A stretch of DNA of 64,000 bases from a virus. The translations under genes were made by a program, and so were the position numbers. Shown here in pieces: positions 30,909 to 40,471 of this stretch. The stretch covers positions 1 through 64,000 of the IMG/VR virus record IMGVR_UViG_3300009130_000005. The stretch is one strand, 5' to 3'. Every line of letters begins with the position of its first letter. The first letter of the stretch is position 1. The notes beneath the pieces were generated by a model. That model was not told the origin of the DNA. It ran no database searches and saw only the letters and a list, made by a program, of their open reading frames with translations.

Positions 30909-31534
30909 ATCAAACAAATTTATTATTAAATAACTATAAAATAAGAAACAGGATGGGGTGGACCGAAAAAGGTATGAGGTTTTTATTGAATAGTCTCGAG
31001 AAAACCTTAAAGCTTAAAATTAAGGGTGATATAGTTGAGATGGGGTGCAACAGAGGAGCGTCATCAGTTTTTATTAAAAGAATGCAAGAGATTTATGAAC
31101 CCCAAAAAAACTTTCATGTTTATGATTCCTTTGAAGGCATACCTCAACTGACGGATCAAGATAAAAGCACAGGAACTAAAATACGTCAAGGGCATTGCTG
31201 CAGGACAAAAGATGATTTCAAACAGACCTTTAAAGAAGAAAAAGTGAAACTCCCGTATATTCACGAAGGATGGTTTAAGGATATTTCAGACGATGAGTAC
31301 CCATCAAAAATTTGTTTTGCCTTTCTTGATGGAGATTTATATTCATCTATTACTGACAGTTTTGAGAAAATTGGCAACAAAATAACTCAGGGAGGTAGGA
31401 TAGTCGTGCATGACTGGTTAAACCCAAATCTCAAAAAAGGCGTAAGAAAGGCTTGTTATGAATTTCTAGAAGCAAACGCTTCGTTTGATTTGATTCTTAC
31501 GGATGAAAATATGGCGGTAATACATAGGAGTTAG
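30905..31534 (+). CDS. TylF/MycF-family sugar O-methyltransferase
   Basis: GDIVEMGCNRGAS, YDSFEG, GWFKD, LDGDLYSS. Confidence 0.88.
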   Translation: MNQTNLLLNNYKIRNRMGWTEKGMRFLLNSLEKTLKLKIKGDIVEMGCNRGASSVFIKRMQEIYEPQKNFHVYDSFEGIPQLTDQDKSTGTKIRQGHCCRTKDDFKQTFKEEKVKLPYIHEGWFKDISDDEYPSKICFAFLDGDLYSSITDSFEKIGNKITQGGRIVVHDWLNPNLKKGVRKACYEFLEANASFDLILTDENMAVIHRS

Positions 31535-31547
31535 TGTAATACATATT

Positions 31548-31763
31548 ATGTTAACTCCACAACAAAAAAACGCCATCGAAAACCTTCTTATACTAGTTGA
31601 TTATGTAAAAGATAATAGCGTTTACTCAGACAAAGATGCCAAATTAATTGATAAATCCATAGCGATAGCAGAAGAACTTATTGGCATTAGAAATTCTAAA
31701 GAGGGAGATAATGGGGCTGCAGATTTTGTCGTAAATGAGATAAAAAACAGGTTTAAGTCTTGA
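31548..31763 (+). CDS. Hypothetical protein
   Basis: GTGTA 9 nt upstream of ATG. Confidence 0.65.
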   Translation: MLTPQQKNAIENLLILVDYVKDNSVYSDKDAKLIDKSIAIAEELIGIRNSKEGDNGAADFVVNEIKNRFKS

Positions 31764-31788
31764 CATTGTGAAGATTAATTGGTATTAT
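31760..31788 (+). promoter_or_regulatory. sigma70 promoter of the polymerase operon
   Basis: TTGACA-17 nt-TATTAT, preceded by TGG. Confidence 0.75.
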
Positions 31789-31799
31789 GTTAGGCATAC

Positions 31800-32543
31800 A
31801 TGATACCGCTTTTTAAATCTCACTTTAGTATAGGAAAGAGCATCTTAACCCTAGGGGACGAGTCTCCAGAAGGGGGTTCAGACGGAATCTTCGAGATCGC
31901 TAAAACCAATAACCTTAGTGAAGTTGTATTAGTTGAAGATTCCCTAACAGGATTTCTTGAGGCAGCAAAAAAGAGCGAATCCTTGGGAATAAAACTAATC
32001 TTTGGCCTAAGACTAACAGCTTGCGAGGGAACTTCGACTGAAAATAATTGCCATAAAATAATCGTTTTTGCTAAGAATGATTCAGGATGCAAGCTATTAA
32101 ACAAGGTATACAGTGAAGCATTCAAAGGGGAGACGCCAGCAATAGACATCAGAAAACTTAAAGAAGTCTGGAACGAAGAAAGCCTAAAGCTTGCGATACC
32201 CTTTTATGATTCTTTTATATTTAACAACACAATGTCTTTTGCAAATTGTGTGCCAAGCTTTAATTTTACAAAGCCAACGCTTTTTATAGAGAACAATCAA
32301 CTACCATTTGATGGTCTGATCAAGGAAAGGGTAGAGAGGTTTGCGTCTCAAAAAAATCTTGATACAGAAAAAGTAAAGACAATTTATTATAAAAACAGAG
32401 AAGACTTTGAGGCATTCCAAACATATAAATGTATTTGCAATAGAACAGGATGGGGAGGAAGGGCCGTATCAATACAAAAGCCAAACTTAGACCATTGCGG
32501 TAGTAGAGAATTCTGCCTAGAAAGCTGGAAGGAGCAAGTATGA
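31800..32543 (+). CDS. Stand-alone PHP domain of DNA polymerase III alpha (metal ligands degenerate)
   Basis: KSHFS, GIKLIFGLRL, IVFAKNDSGCKLL, match the DnaE N-terminus. Confidence 0.8.
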   Translation: MIPLFKSHFSIGKSILTLGDESPEGGSDGIFEIAKTNNLSEVVLVEDSLTGFLEAAKKSESLGIKLIFGLRLTACEGTSTENNCHKIIVFAKNDSGCKLLNKVYSEAFKGETPAIDIRKLKEVWNEESLKLAIPFYDSFIFNNTMSFANCVPSFNFTKPTLFIENNQLPFDGLIKERVERFASQKNLDTEKVKTIYYKNREDFEAFQTYKCICNRTGWGGRAVSIQKPNLDHCGSREFCLESWKEQV

Positions 32544-33181
32544 AAGAAAACCTATTAAGATTTAAGAAGTCACAAAAGTATGTGATATTTGACTATGAAA
32601 CTTGTCACTTAAATTTGGCGAGCAGCGACAACAAACCTTGGCAACTTTCATTCATAGTTGCAGACCTTAACAAGGTTTACGAAAAACAAGATTATTATCT
32701 TAAATGGGATAATTTAAACATCTCAGACGAAGCAGCGAGAATTACTGGGTTTTCAAAAAAAACCTACGAAAAAAAGGCGGTTTGCCCCAAGAAAGCTTTA
32801 GATCATTTTGAAAAGTATCTTTATGATGACGATATTATCCCTCTGGGCCACAACGTTCTAGGCTTTGATGTTTATATTCACAATATCCACAGAAAGCTTT
32901 GCGGACAAAAACCAAACTTTTCTTACATTAAAAAAATAATTGATACGAATTGTTTGGCAAAAGCATCTGCAGAAAAAATTAAACTACCAGAACATGAAGA
33001 CAGAATAGCATGGCAGTATAGCTTGAATGGGTATATAAAGAGGGGTCTTAAGACAAGCCTGCAATTTTGTGCAAAAAAATATGGTATAGATTTTGACCCT
33101 AAAAAATTACATAACGCCTTGTATGATATATCAATAAACTACGAGGTATTCAAGAAACAGCTTTGGGATATAGAAATATGA
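32540..33181 (+). CDS. DEDDh 3'-5' exonuclease (DnaQ-like)
   Basis: FDYET, GHNVLGFD, LHNALYD. Confidence 0.88.
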   Translation: MKENLLRFKKSQKYVIFDYETCHLNLASSDNKPWQLSFIVADLNKVYEKQDYYLKWDNLNISDEAARITGFSKKTYEKKAVCPKKALDHFEKYLYDDDIIPLGHNVLGFDVYIHNIHRKLCGQKPNFSYIKKIIDTNCLAKASAEKIKLPEHEDRIAWQYSLNGYIKRGLKTSLQFCAKKYGIDFDPKKLHNALYDISINYEVFKKQLWDIEI

Positions 33182-35736
33182 GTTTCACAAAAGAATTCGA
33201 ACAATACTCAGACTACGCTCCTCCAGGAGTTAGGCTACCAAAAATTAAGATCGAGAGTAGATACTACAAGCAACTAGGAACTTCTTCAGATATATCTAAC
33301 TACGAATTCCTGAGAGAGCTTTGTCTAAAAGCGGTAAAGGACAAGAAGATTTCCAAGCTTCCCAATAAAAAAGTTTACTACGAAAGAATAAAGGAAGAAC
33401 TCTCTATATTGCAAGAGCTTGGATTTGTTGACTACATATTACTTAACTGGGATATTCTAAACTTTTGCCACGAAAGCAACATACCAACAGGTCCAGGCAG
33501 AGGCTCAGCAGCAGGCTCTTTAATTTTATTTTTAATTGGAGTTACTCAAGTAGACCCTATTAAATACGATTTGTTTTTCGAGAGGTTTGTGTCTAAAAGT
33601 AGAGCAAAGAAGGTTGAGAAAGATGGAGTGACCTACCTTGATGGCAGCTTGCTTGCAGATGTTGATAATGACATAGCTTATGAACATAGGCAAAAAGTAA
33701 TCAAATACATTGAAGACAAGTATCCCAGCAGAACTTGTAAAATTTTAACACTTAATACTCTAACAGCAAAGCTTTGCGCTAAAGAGTGCGGTAAGATTGT
33801 TGGAGGCTTTTCAGAGCAAGAGGTTAACGAGGTGAGCGATTTAATTCCAAAAAAGTTTGGAAAAGTTGCTCCATTAAAAGATGCAGAGAAAGAGAGTGAG
33901 CCATTCGCAAAATGGGCAAAAGAAAACCCTCAAGTATTTAAAATCGCAAAAAAGATAGAGGGCTTAAATAAAAATACTGGCGTACACCCAAGTGGAATAG
34001 CAATCTCTTACCAAAAGCTAGAGGAAATATGCCCACTTCAGACTACATCAGACGGAGACATTGTAAGCGGGTACGATATGAACTGGGTAGCAGAGCTCAT
34101 GGTCAAGTTTGATATTTTAGGGCTCAGGACTCTCAGTGTTATTTATAATACATGCCAAGAAATAGGCATTAACCCCAACGATATTAACCTTGAGAGCAAG
34201 GATATATATTCAAATTTGCAAAACTTAATTACGCCACACGGAATATTTCAAATTGAGGCTGACACAGATTTCAGGGTATGCAGGAAGCTTAAACCCAGAA
34301 ACCTAGATGAATTGAGTGCAGTAATAGCAATTGCTAGGCCAGGAGCATTAGACTTCTTAGATAACTATTCTCGCTATAGAGAGACTTCTGAGTTTCAAAG
34401 CGTACATAGTTTATTTGACGATATATTGAGAAGCACGGCGGGAATACCATTATACCAAGAGCAGCTCATGCAAATGGCTGTAAAGGTAGGCTTTACTCTT
34501 GATGAAGCGGAGCAATTGAGAAGAATTGTAGGAAAGAAAAAGGTTGACAAAATGCCAGCGTGGAAAAAGAAAATTAAAGACAAGATAGAAGAAGGAGGCT
34601 TCGATGAAGAAGCAGGAGAAATACTATGGAGGGTTGCAGAGGATAGCGCAAACTATTCATTTAATAAATCTCACAGCATAAGCTATTCTTTTTTGGCTGC
34701 ATGGACGACTTACCTAAAATTTAAATACCCTCAGGAATTTTTCTTAAGTCTACTTAAAATGACCAAATTTGAACCTTCACCCCAAGAAGAAATCAATAAA
34801 GTTTGTCAGGAGTTGCCAAGATTTAACTTTGAATTATTACCGCCCGATCTAGGGCTGTCTCGAATGGATTTCTCTAGAGAAGGGGACAATATAAGGTTTG
34901 GACTAAATAGCATCAAAGGGGTTAGCGAGAAGTCTCTAGAAGCCTTAAGGAGTTTCAGAGAGACAGAAACTCCCAACAAATACGATGTCTTTATGTCTGC
35001 AAAGCAAGCAGGACTCAACATAGGAATACTCTCAGCACTCATACAAGCGGGAGCACTTTCATCCTACAAGCAAAATAGGTCACTGCTGGTTCTAGAAGCG
35101 CAAGCATTCAACCTATTAACTGAAAGAGAAAAAAGAAACGTCTATATCTTGGGAGAAAAGTACGATTATAAACTTTTAAAATGTATTGCTGATGCAAAAA
35201 ACAATGAACTAATAGGGGATGACGGCAGAAAAATTATGACCCTAAAGCGCTTCGAAACATTCAGAAAAAAGTTTGATCTTTATAAGAAAATATACGAAAA
35301 GAATAAAAAGTATGAGAGTTTTGCCAACTGGTATTTTGAAAATAAGCTATTAGGATATAGCTACACAAGCCGACTTAAAGATATATTCCAAAGCGATATA
35401 GCAAAATTTAAAGACACAATCTGTTTTGAATCCATGGAGAAAGATTCTAGAGATAGGTTCATAGGAACAATAACAGATGTTTTCAAGAAAAAGTCTCAAA
35501 ACGGCAACTCTTATTTAAAACTAACGCTTTCTGATGAAGTGGGAAGCATGCAGGCTATTATAGGAGACTGGGGCAACAGACAAAAACTAACAAACTACCT
35601 TAATAAAGGAAATGCTATGCCCGAAAAAGGTAATATAGTTAGCGTACTGGGAGCAAAAGGAGACGACATTCTTTTTATGGATGACATTAATATATTAGAT
35701 AAGAAAATTTATATGAAGCTCAGCGAGCTAAAGTAA
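33178..35736 (+). CDS. dnaE: DNA polymerase III alpha catalytic core lacking PHP
   Basis: GPGRGSAAGSL, LFFERF, ADVDND, GVHPSG, VKFDILGL, YQEQLM, YSFNKSH. Confidence 0.93.
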   Translation: MSFTKEFEQYSDYAPPGVRLPKIKIESRYYKQLGTSSDISNYEFLRELCLKAVKDKKISKLPNKKVYYERIKEELSILQELGFVDYILLNWDILNFCHESNIPTGPGRGSAAGSLILFLIGVTQVDPIKYDLFFERFVSKSRAKKVEKDGVTYLDGSLLADVDNDIAYEHRQKVIKYIEDKYPSRTCKILTLNTLTAKLCAKECGKIVGGFSEQEVNEVSDLIPKKFGKVAPLKDAEKESEPFAKWAKENPQVFKIAKKIEGLNKNTGVHPSGIAISYQKLEEICPLQTTSDGDIVSGYDMNWVAELMVKFDILGLRTLSVIYNTCQEIGINPNDINLESKDIYSNLQNLITPHGIFQIEADTDFRVCRKLKPRNLDELSAVIAIARPGALDFLDNYSRYRETSEFQSVHSLFDDILRSTAGIPLYQEQLMQMAVKVGFTLDEAEQLRRIVGKKKVDKMPAWKKKIKDKIEEGGFDEEAGEILWRVAEDSANYSFNKSHSISYSFLAAWTTYLKFKYPQEFFLSLLKMTKFEPSPQEEINKVCQELPRFNFELLPPDLGLSRMDFSREGDNIRFGLNSIKGVSEKSLEALRSFRETETPNKYDVFMSAKQAGLNIGILSALIQAGALSSYKQNRSLLVLEAQAFNLLTEREKRNVYILGEKYDYKLLKCIADAKNNELIGDDGRKIMTLKRFETFRKKFDLYKKIYEKNKKYESFANWYFENKLLGYSYTSRLKDIFQSDIAKFKDTICFESMEKDSRDRFIGTITDVFKKKSQNGNSYLKLTLSDEVGSMQAIIGDWGNRQKLTNYLNKGNAMPEKGNIVSVLGAKGDDILFMDDINILDKKIYMKLSELK

Positions 35737-35750
35737 GTGTAAAAATGAGT

Positions 35751-38201
35751 ATGGAACTAAAACCTAATTTCACGCCAAGAGCGCAAGAAGCAATTATTGG
35801 ATCAAGAACCATTGCGGAGAAATTCAACAAAAGAATGATTACAGAAAATCATTTATGCTTAAGCGTGGCGAGCACTCAAAGCATCAGCATAGCTGAGTTT
35901 TATGCGGCCTGCGGAATAGATCCTAAAAAAATTATAAAATTTATAAAAAGCAAACTTCAAAAAGGCCCTAAGCCACCAACAAACAAATCTTATTTTTCAA
36001 AGAAGTTTAAAGAAATACTCAACGGAGCAATCAAAGAAGCTCAAAAGTATGAACACGATTATGTTGGGGTAGAACACATCCTCCTATCTATTCTTGACAT
36101 GGAAAGCTCCTTGTTCTGTTTATTTTTAAGGTCAGAGGGTCTCGACTCTGATCAAGCAAAGCTAGCAATCAGGGCAAGATTTCTTGTTAGTGAGATGGAA
36201 AAAGAGCCATCGCGAGCCAGAGCAGAAAACATAATTCAATCTGAAGCTGCAACCATGTCGAACCCAAGCCAAAATGCGAACCTGTTAAAGTATTCCGTTA
36301 ACTTTAATTCCCTCGCGCAAGAGGGTAGATTTGATAATGTAATAGGAAGAGATCAAGAGATTAAAGATATGGCTGAAGTCCTATGCAGGAGATCAAAAAA
36401 CAACCCAATACTGCTAGGAGAACCTGGGGTAGGCAAAACTGCAGTTGTTGAAGGTCTAGCACAGGCAATAGTTGGTGGAAATGCTACAGATTTTCTTTTA
36501 AATAAAACAATATACTCTCTTGACCTTGCAGGAATGATCGCTGGAACAAAGTATAGAGGACAATTCGAGGAAAGATTAAAAAAAGTAATGGAAGAGATTG
36601 CAAATGATTCCACTGCAATTTTATTTATTGACGAAATACACACTTTAGTTGGAGCGGGAAGCGCAGAGGGAACTATGGATGCAGCAAACATACTCAAACC
36701 CTTGCTAGCGAGAGGAGAAATAATGTGTATTGGAGCTACAACAAGGGGTGAGTACAGAAAATCTATATTAAAAGATGGCGCCCTAGACAGAAGATTTCAA
36801 CCAATCTTAGTCGAAGAACCTTCGGAAGAAGAGTGCATTGAAATTCTAGAGGGTATAAAAGATAGGTATGAAAAGTTTCACGGGGTAGCTTATTCGAAAG
36901 AAGCATTAAGTAGAGCGGTTAAATTATCTAGTAGATACATTTTGGACAGACAACTTCCCGACAAAGCAATTGACCTTCTGGATCAAGCAGGATCCAAAGC
37001 GAAAATTAGAGGCTTCAAGAGGCCTCAGGAAGCAATTGCAATTGAACAAGAAATTACAGAGCTATATAAAAGTGAAGAAACTTCTAGTGAACCTCATATT
37101 GTAATCAGAAAAAGGGAAGAGTTACTAGAAAAGTATACCAAACTTATAGAAGACTGGGCAAACGAAGCGGTGAAAAAGAAAATTGACGTAGAAGAAGGTG
37201 ACATATATAAAGTTTTAACCCAAAAAACAGGAATCCCAACCGACGATCTTTCACAAACAGACAAAGATAGGGTATTAAAGTTACAACCAAACCTAAAAAA
37301 ATCAGTAATCGGCCAAGATGAAGCTGTCGAACAAATATGCAAATCAATTTTAAGAAATAAAGCTGGCTTAAACGATTCATCTCGACCCATTGGCTCCTTT
37401 TTATTCCTAGGGTCTAGTGGTGTAGGAAAAACTTATTTAGCAAAAAGGCTTTCAAGCCTTATGTTTGGGGGCGAAGACAACGTCATACAATTAGATATGT
37501 CTGAGTTCGGAGAAAAAGCCTCAACTTCTAAAATTTTAGGGTCTGCACCAGGCTATGTTGGCTACGAAGAAGGGGGTTCAATTATTGAAAAAATCAAAAA
37601 GAAACCTCATAGCGTTGTACTTTTTGATGAAATAGAAAAAGCTCACCCTGAAGTCACCAACTTATTACTTCAAATATTAGAAGAAGGAAAACTGACAGAT
37701 AGCTCAGGAAGACAGGCAAGCTTTCGCAATTGTATAATTATTATTACAGGCAATATCGGCTCTGGATTAACAAAGAAAACGAATCAAGTTGGCTTCGGCG
37801 CAAAAGATATCTCCAGCAAAGAAATCAAACAATCAATTATTGAAGAATCAAAGAAAATTTTAAAACCTGAATTAATAAATAGAATAGAATCGCCAATTAT
37901 ATTTAATAATTTTACAGAAAAAGAGCTTAAATTAATTGCTAACTTAGAACTGCAGTCCCTCGCACGAAGGGCAGAGGATAAAGCTGGCAAACTAAAATTC
38001 AATCCAAGCATAATAAACTATTTGTCAAAAAAAGCTTCAGCCATGAACGATGGAGCACGACCCATAAGGAAAATTATAAAAGACGAAATAGAAAACCCTC
38101 TTGCGGAATTACTAATGAAAGGAGACCTTGTGTCGGCAAATTTAACAACAGTTTCTTATTATAAAACCAAACAAGAGGTAAAATTCTCAATTAAAGAGTA
38201 A
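35751..38201 (+). CDS. clpC: ClpC/ClpA-family AAA+ unfoldase (alternative start 35745)
   Basis: Clp N-domain, GEPGVGKT, FIDEIH, LPDKAIDL, GSSGVGKT, PGYVGY, VGF ClpP-docking loop. Confidence 0.9.
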   Translation: MELKPNFTPRAQEAIIGSRTIAEKFNKRMITENHLCLSVASTQSISIAEFYAACGIDPKKIIKFIKSKLQKGPKPPTNKSYFSKKFKEILNGAIKEAQKYEHDYVGVEHILLSILDMESSLFCLFLRSEGLDSDQAKLAIRARFLVSEMEKEPSRARAENIIQSEAATMSNPSQNANLLKYSVNFNSLAQEGRFDNVIGRDQEIKDMAEVLCRRSKNNPILLGEPGVGKTAVVEGLAQAIVGGNATDFLLNKTIYSLDLAGMIAGTKYRGQFEERLKKVMEEIANDSTAILFIDEIHTLVGAGSAEGTMDAANILKPLLARGEIMCIGATTRGEYRKSILKDGALDRRFQPILVEEPSEEECIEILEGIKDRYEKFHGVAYSKEALSRAVKLSSRYILDRQLPDKAIDLLDQAGSKAKIRGFKRPQEAIAIEQEITELYKSEETSSEPHIVIRKREELLEKYTKLIEDWANEAVKKKIDVEEGDIYKVLTQKTGIPTDDLSQTDKDRVLKLQPNLKKSVIGQDEAVEQICKSILRNKAGLNDSSRPIGSFLFLGSSGVGKTYLAKRLSSLMFGGEDNVIQLDMSEFGEKASTSKILGSAPGYVGYEEGGSIIEKIKKKPHSVVLFDEIEKAHPEVTNLLLQILEEGKLTDSSGRQASFRNCIIIITGNIGSGLTKKTNQVGFGAKDISSKEIKQSIIEESKKILKPELINRIESPIIFNNFTEKELKLIANLELQSLARRAEDKAGKLKFNPSIINYLSKKASAMNDGARPIRKIIKDEIENPLAELLMKGDLVSANLTTVSYYKTKQEVKFSIKE

Positions 38202-38207
38202 AAAAAC

Positions 38208-38236
38208 TTGACTTTTGTCTATTTTTCGGGTAATCT
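38208..38236 (+). promoter_or_regulatory. sigma70-like promoter of tmRNA
   Basis: TTGACT-17 nt-TAATCT, followed by boxA-like AGATCTTTGAAAA. Confidence 0.6.
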
Positions 38237-38259
38237 ATAATAGATCTTTGAAAATTTAT

Positions 38260-38657
38260 GGGGGTGTTCTGGATTCGACTGATGTTGGATTCCTGCACCG
38301 CAAGTCGGAGATGCACTTGGCTTCGATACAAATGTGCAAAGCTTTACATGGCGCTAAAAACCGTGTTAGAGCCCTCGGTCTTAAGAACCGTCTCGCTGCA
38401 AAGCGTTTCGGCTTCAAGAGCCGTAAGCTCGCCTTAGCAGCTTAACCTGCTAACCTCTTACCTTTTGACGCAGATAAGGAGGATAAGGGGTCATCGATCT
38501 GCAAAACAGAAAAGGTTTACCTGTTAATAAACTGTAAATAATTGTAACAGGAAGTTCGATGTTAGTATCAACAACTCAAAAAGAAACTAACTAAACTTGT
38601 AGACGTGCTTGATTGAAGGCACTCAGGACGCGGGTTCAACTCCCGCCACCTCCACCA
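38260..38657 (+). ncRNA. ssrA: tmRNA
   Basis: GGGGGTG/CACCTCC acceptor stem with G3:U, GGATTCGAC, T-arm GCGGGTTCAACTCCCGC, ACCA end, pk1 (TGCAC/GTGCA + GCTT/AAGC), tag frame ending LALAA-stop. Confidence 0.95.
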
Positions 38658-38669
38658 TTTTTATTTTAT

Positions 38670-39473
38670 TTATTTATTTATTGGTAAAACAAAATGAGGC
38701 GAAGATACAATAAAAAATGGGTTCAATAAATTTTCTTTGTTATATTGCATTTTTTTTCCTAAGTTTTCTCCTTCGGCAATGTATACAGCTGCTCCACTTT
38801 CCTCAGCTATTACCTGCGGGGCACCAGTATCCCATTCCATCGTCGGACCAAACCTTGGGTAGACATCAGCAGCTCCTTCAGCAATAATACAAAACTTAAG
38901 AGAGCTTCCAATATTTAAAGTTTCTACTTGGTATTGACGCTCGACTTTTTCTATGAAATTTGCGGTAGCCTCATTCATATGAGACTTGCTGGCGACAATT
39001 TTAATTTTTTTTCCATATGGATTGATAGAATATTTTGAATAGATTCTTTCTTTATTCTTAAAAGCGCCACAACCCTTTATTGCATGGTATTGGTCTTGCT
39101 TTTTTGGGCAAGCGACATAGCCAAAGATTGGCTCGTGACCCTTACATAAAGCTATATTAACGCAGAAGTCATCCCCTCCTTTTATAAATTCCTTCGTGCC
39201 ATCAATTGGATCTATTAGCCAATAATAATCCCATTTAGAACGCTCTTCAAAAGGAACTTGCTTATCTTCTTCGGATATTATATTTTTTATATCGGAATGC
39301 TTCTCCAAAAAATTTCTTATTCTTCCATTAGAATGAATGTCAGCAATAGTTAGAGGGCTTTGATCTTCCTTATATGAAACAGCACCTTTTTGACCTTGAA
39401 TAGCCACAATCTCTTCAGAAAGTTCTTTTCCAAATTCATGAAGAGAGTCAATAAAAGACTCAGTTATATCCAT
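38670..39473 (-). CDS. cysQ: 3'(2'),5'-bisphosphate (PAP) nucleotidase
   Basis: KEDQSPLTIAD, ISEE, WLIDPIDGTKEF, GSSLKFC, YPRFGPTMEWDT. Confidence 0.92.
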   Translation of the reverse strand: MDITESFIDSLHEFGKELSEEIVAIQGQKGAVSYKEDQSPLTIADIHSNGRIRNFLEKHSDIKNIISEEDKQVPFEERSKWDYYWLIDPIDGTKEFIKGGDDFCVNIALCKGHEPIFGYVACPKKQDQYHAIKGCGAFKNKERIYSKYSINPYGKKIKIVASKSHMNEATANFIEKVERQYQVETLNIGSSLKFCIIAEGAADVYPRFGPTMEWDTGAPQVIAEESGAAVYIAEGENLGKKMQYNKENLLNPFFIVSSPHFVLPINK

Positions 39474-39475
39474 TA

Positions 39476-40303
39476 TTACTCTGGTCGTTTGCCTAAAGGC
39501 TTACCATCTTGCCCAATTTCGCCTGCTCGTATTTTTGTAGCAGATACGGATTGTAATTCCTTACTAAGTTCAAGTTGTTCAATATTATAACCAACTCCTC
39601 TGCCGTAAAAGACATCGGTAATGTTAGGAAGCTCTACGACTTTTATTTTATCACCGAATTCTACGCAAGCCGCATGAATTTCAGCTTTAACTTTTTCAAA
39701 ATCATAAGGGTTTGAATCGTCTATCCCAGCAACATCTCTTAAGGCTATACAGCATTGACCGCTACGTTTAATAGATTCCGCTACCAAAGTTTTATGACCA
39801 ACATGAAATGGCTGATACCTTCCAATTAATAAGGCTGTTGGAGCTTGATTATCCCATTTTTCTGTTTTGTATATATTTTTCAATGCTATTTCGCACCACT
39901 CATCAGGAGTACCTTCCCTTAAAATAAGGTCGTGTTCGTCCCATCTTTTATCTTTGGTTGGGTCTTCGAATAATTTATTCGTATCTTCATATCTTCCTTC
40001 TTTAATTCTGTCTACCCATATAACAAAGTCAGGATTAAAAAGTTTTCGAGCCTCTTCTGTTGGGCAACAAAAGTCAGAGATTACATAACCTCCTCCAAGT
40101 TTTGCCCAATCAGCAAGTTTCCCCATTCTTCTGGCATGCTCATTTCTGTCGTCTTCAGAGAATCCAAGATCTTTATGAATTTCTTGACGAACTGCGTCAG
40201 CATTATACCACACGGCGTTTAATCTAGGAACAAGCTTTTCAGCAAGCGTTGTCTTTCCAGAACCTGGAAGACCCATGATAAGTATTTTTCTTTTAGGTTT
40301 CAT
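39476..40303 (-). CDS. Adenylylsulfate kinase-like domain fused to an HxGH nucleotidyltransferase
   Basis: GLPGSGKTT, NADAVR, DLGFSEDDR (CysC-like); GRYQPFHVGH...SATKIR; start at MKPKRK, 9 nt after ATGTA. Confidence 0.82.
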   Translation of the reverse strand: MKPKRKILIMGLPGSGKTTLAEKLVPRLNAVWYNADAVRQEIHKDLGFSEDDRNEHARRMGKLADWAKLGGGYVISDFCCPTEEARKLFNPDFVIWVDRIKEGRYEDTNKLFEDPTKDKRWDEHDLILREGTPDEWCEIALKNIYKTEKWDNQAPTALLIGRYQPFHVGHKTLVAESIKRSGQCCIALRDVAGIDDSNPYDFEKVKAEIHAACVEFGDKIKVVELPNITDVFYGRGVGYNIEQLELSKELQSVSATKIRAGEIGQDGKPLGKRPE

Positions 40304-40433
40304 GCTACTATATACATTAAAATTTTTCAAAAAGGAACTGTAAAAAGTCGCTTGAGCAGAAAAAAAATAAAAACGAAAATCAAACAACAGTGGACGATAT
40401 ACAAAACAACCCTATTTGTTTTTGAAAAATAAC

Positions 40434-40462
40434 TTGACAAATTAATACATATATGGTAAAGT
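40434..40462 (+). promoter_or_regulatory. sigma70 promoter
   Basis: TTGACA-17 nt-TAAAGT, preceded by TGG. Confidence 0.7.
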
Positions 40463-40471
40463 ATATACATA

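Noticed and set aside
2106-35736. Inteins or introns in nrdA, nrdB or dnaE
   Set aside because: Lengths are normal and motifs contiguous; no splicing or homing-endonuclease motifs seen
38215-38445. 76-aa ORF in the track
   Set aside because: It is the tmRNA tag frame extended upstream through the tRNA-like domain and promoter, not an independent gene
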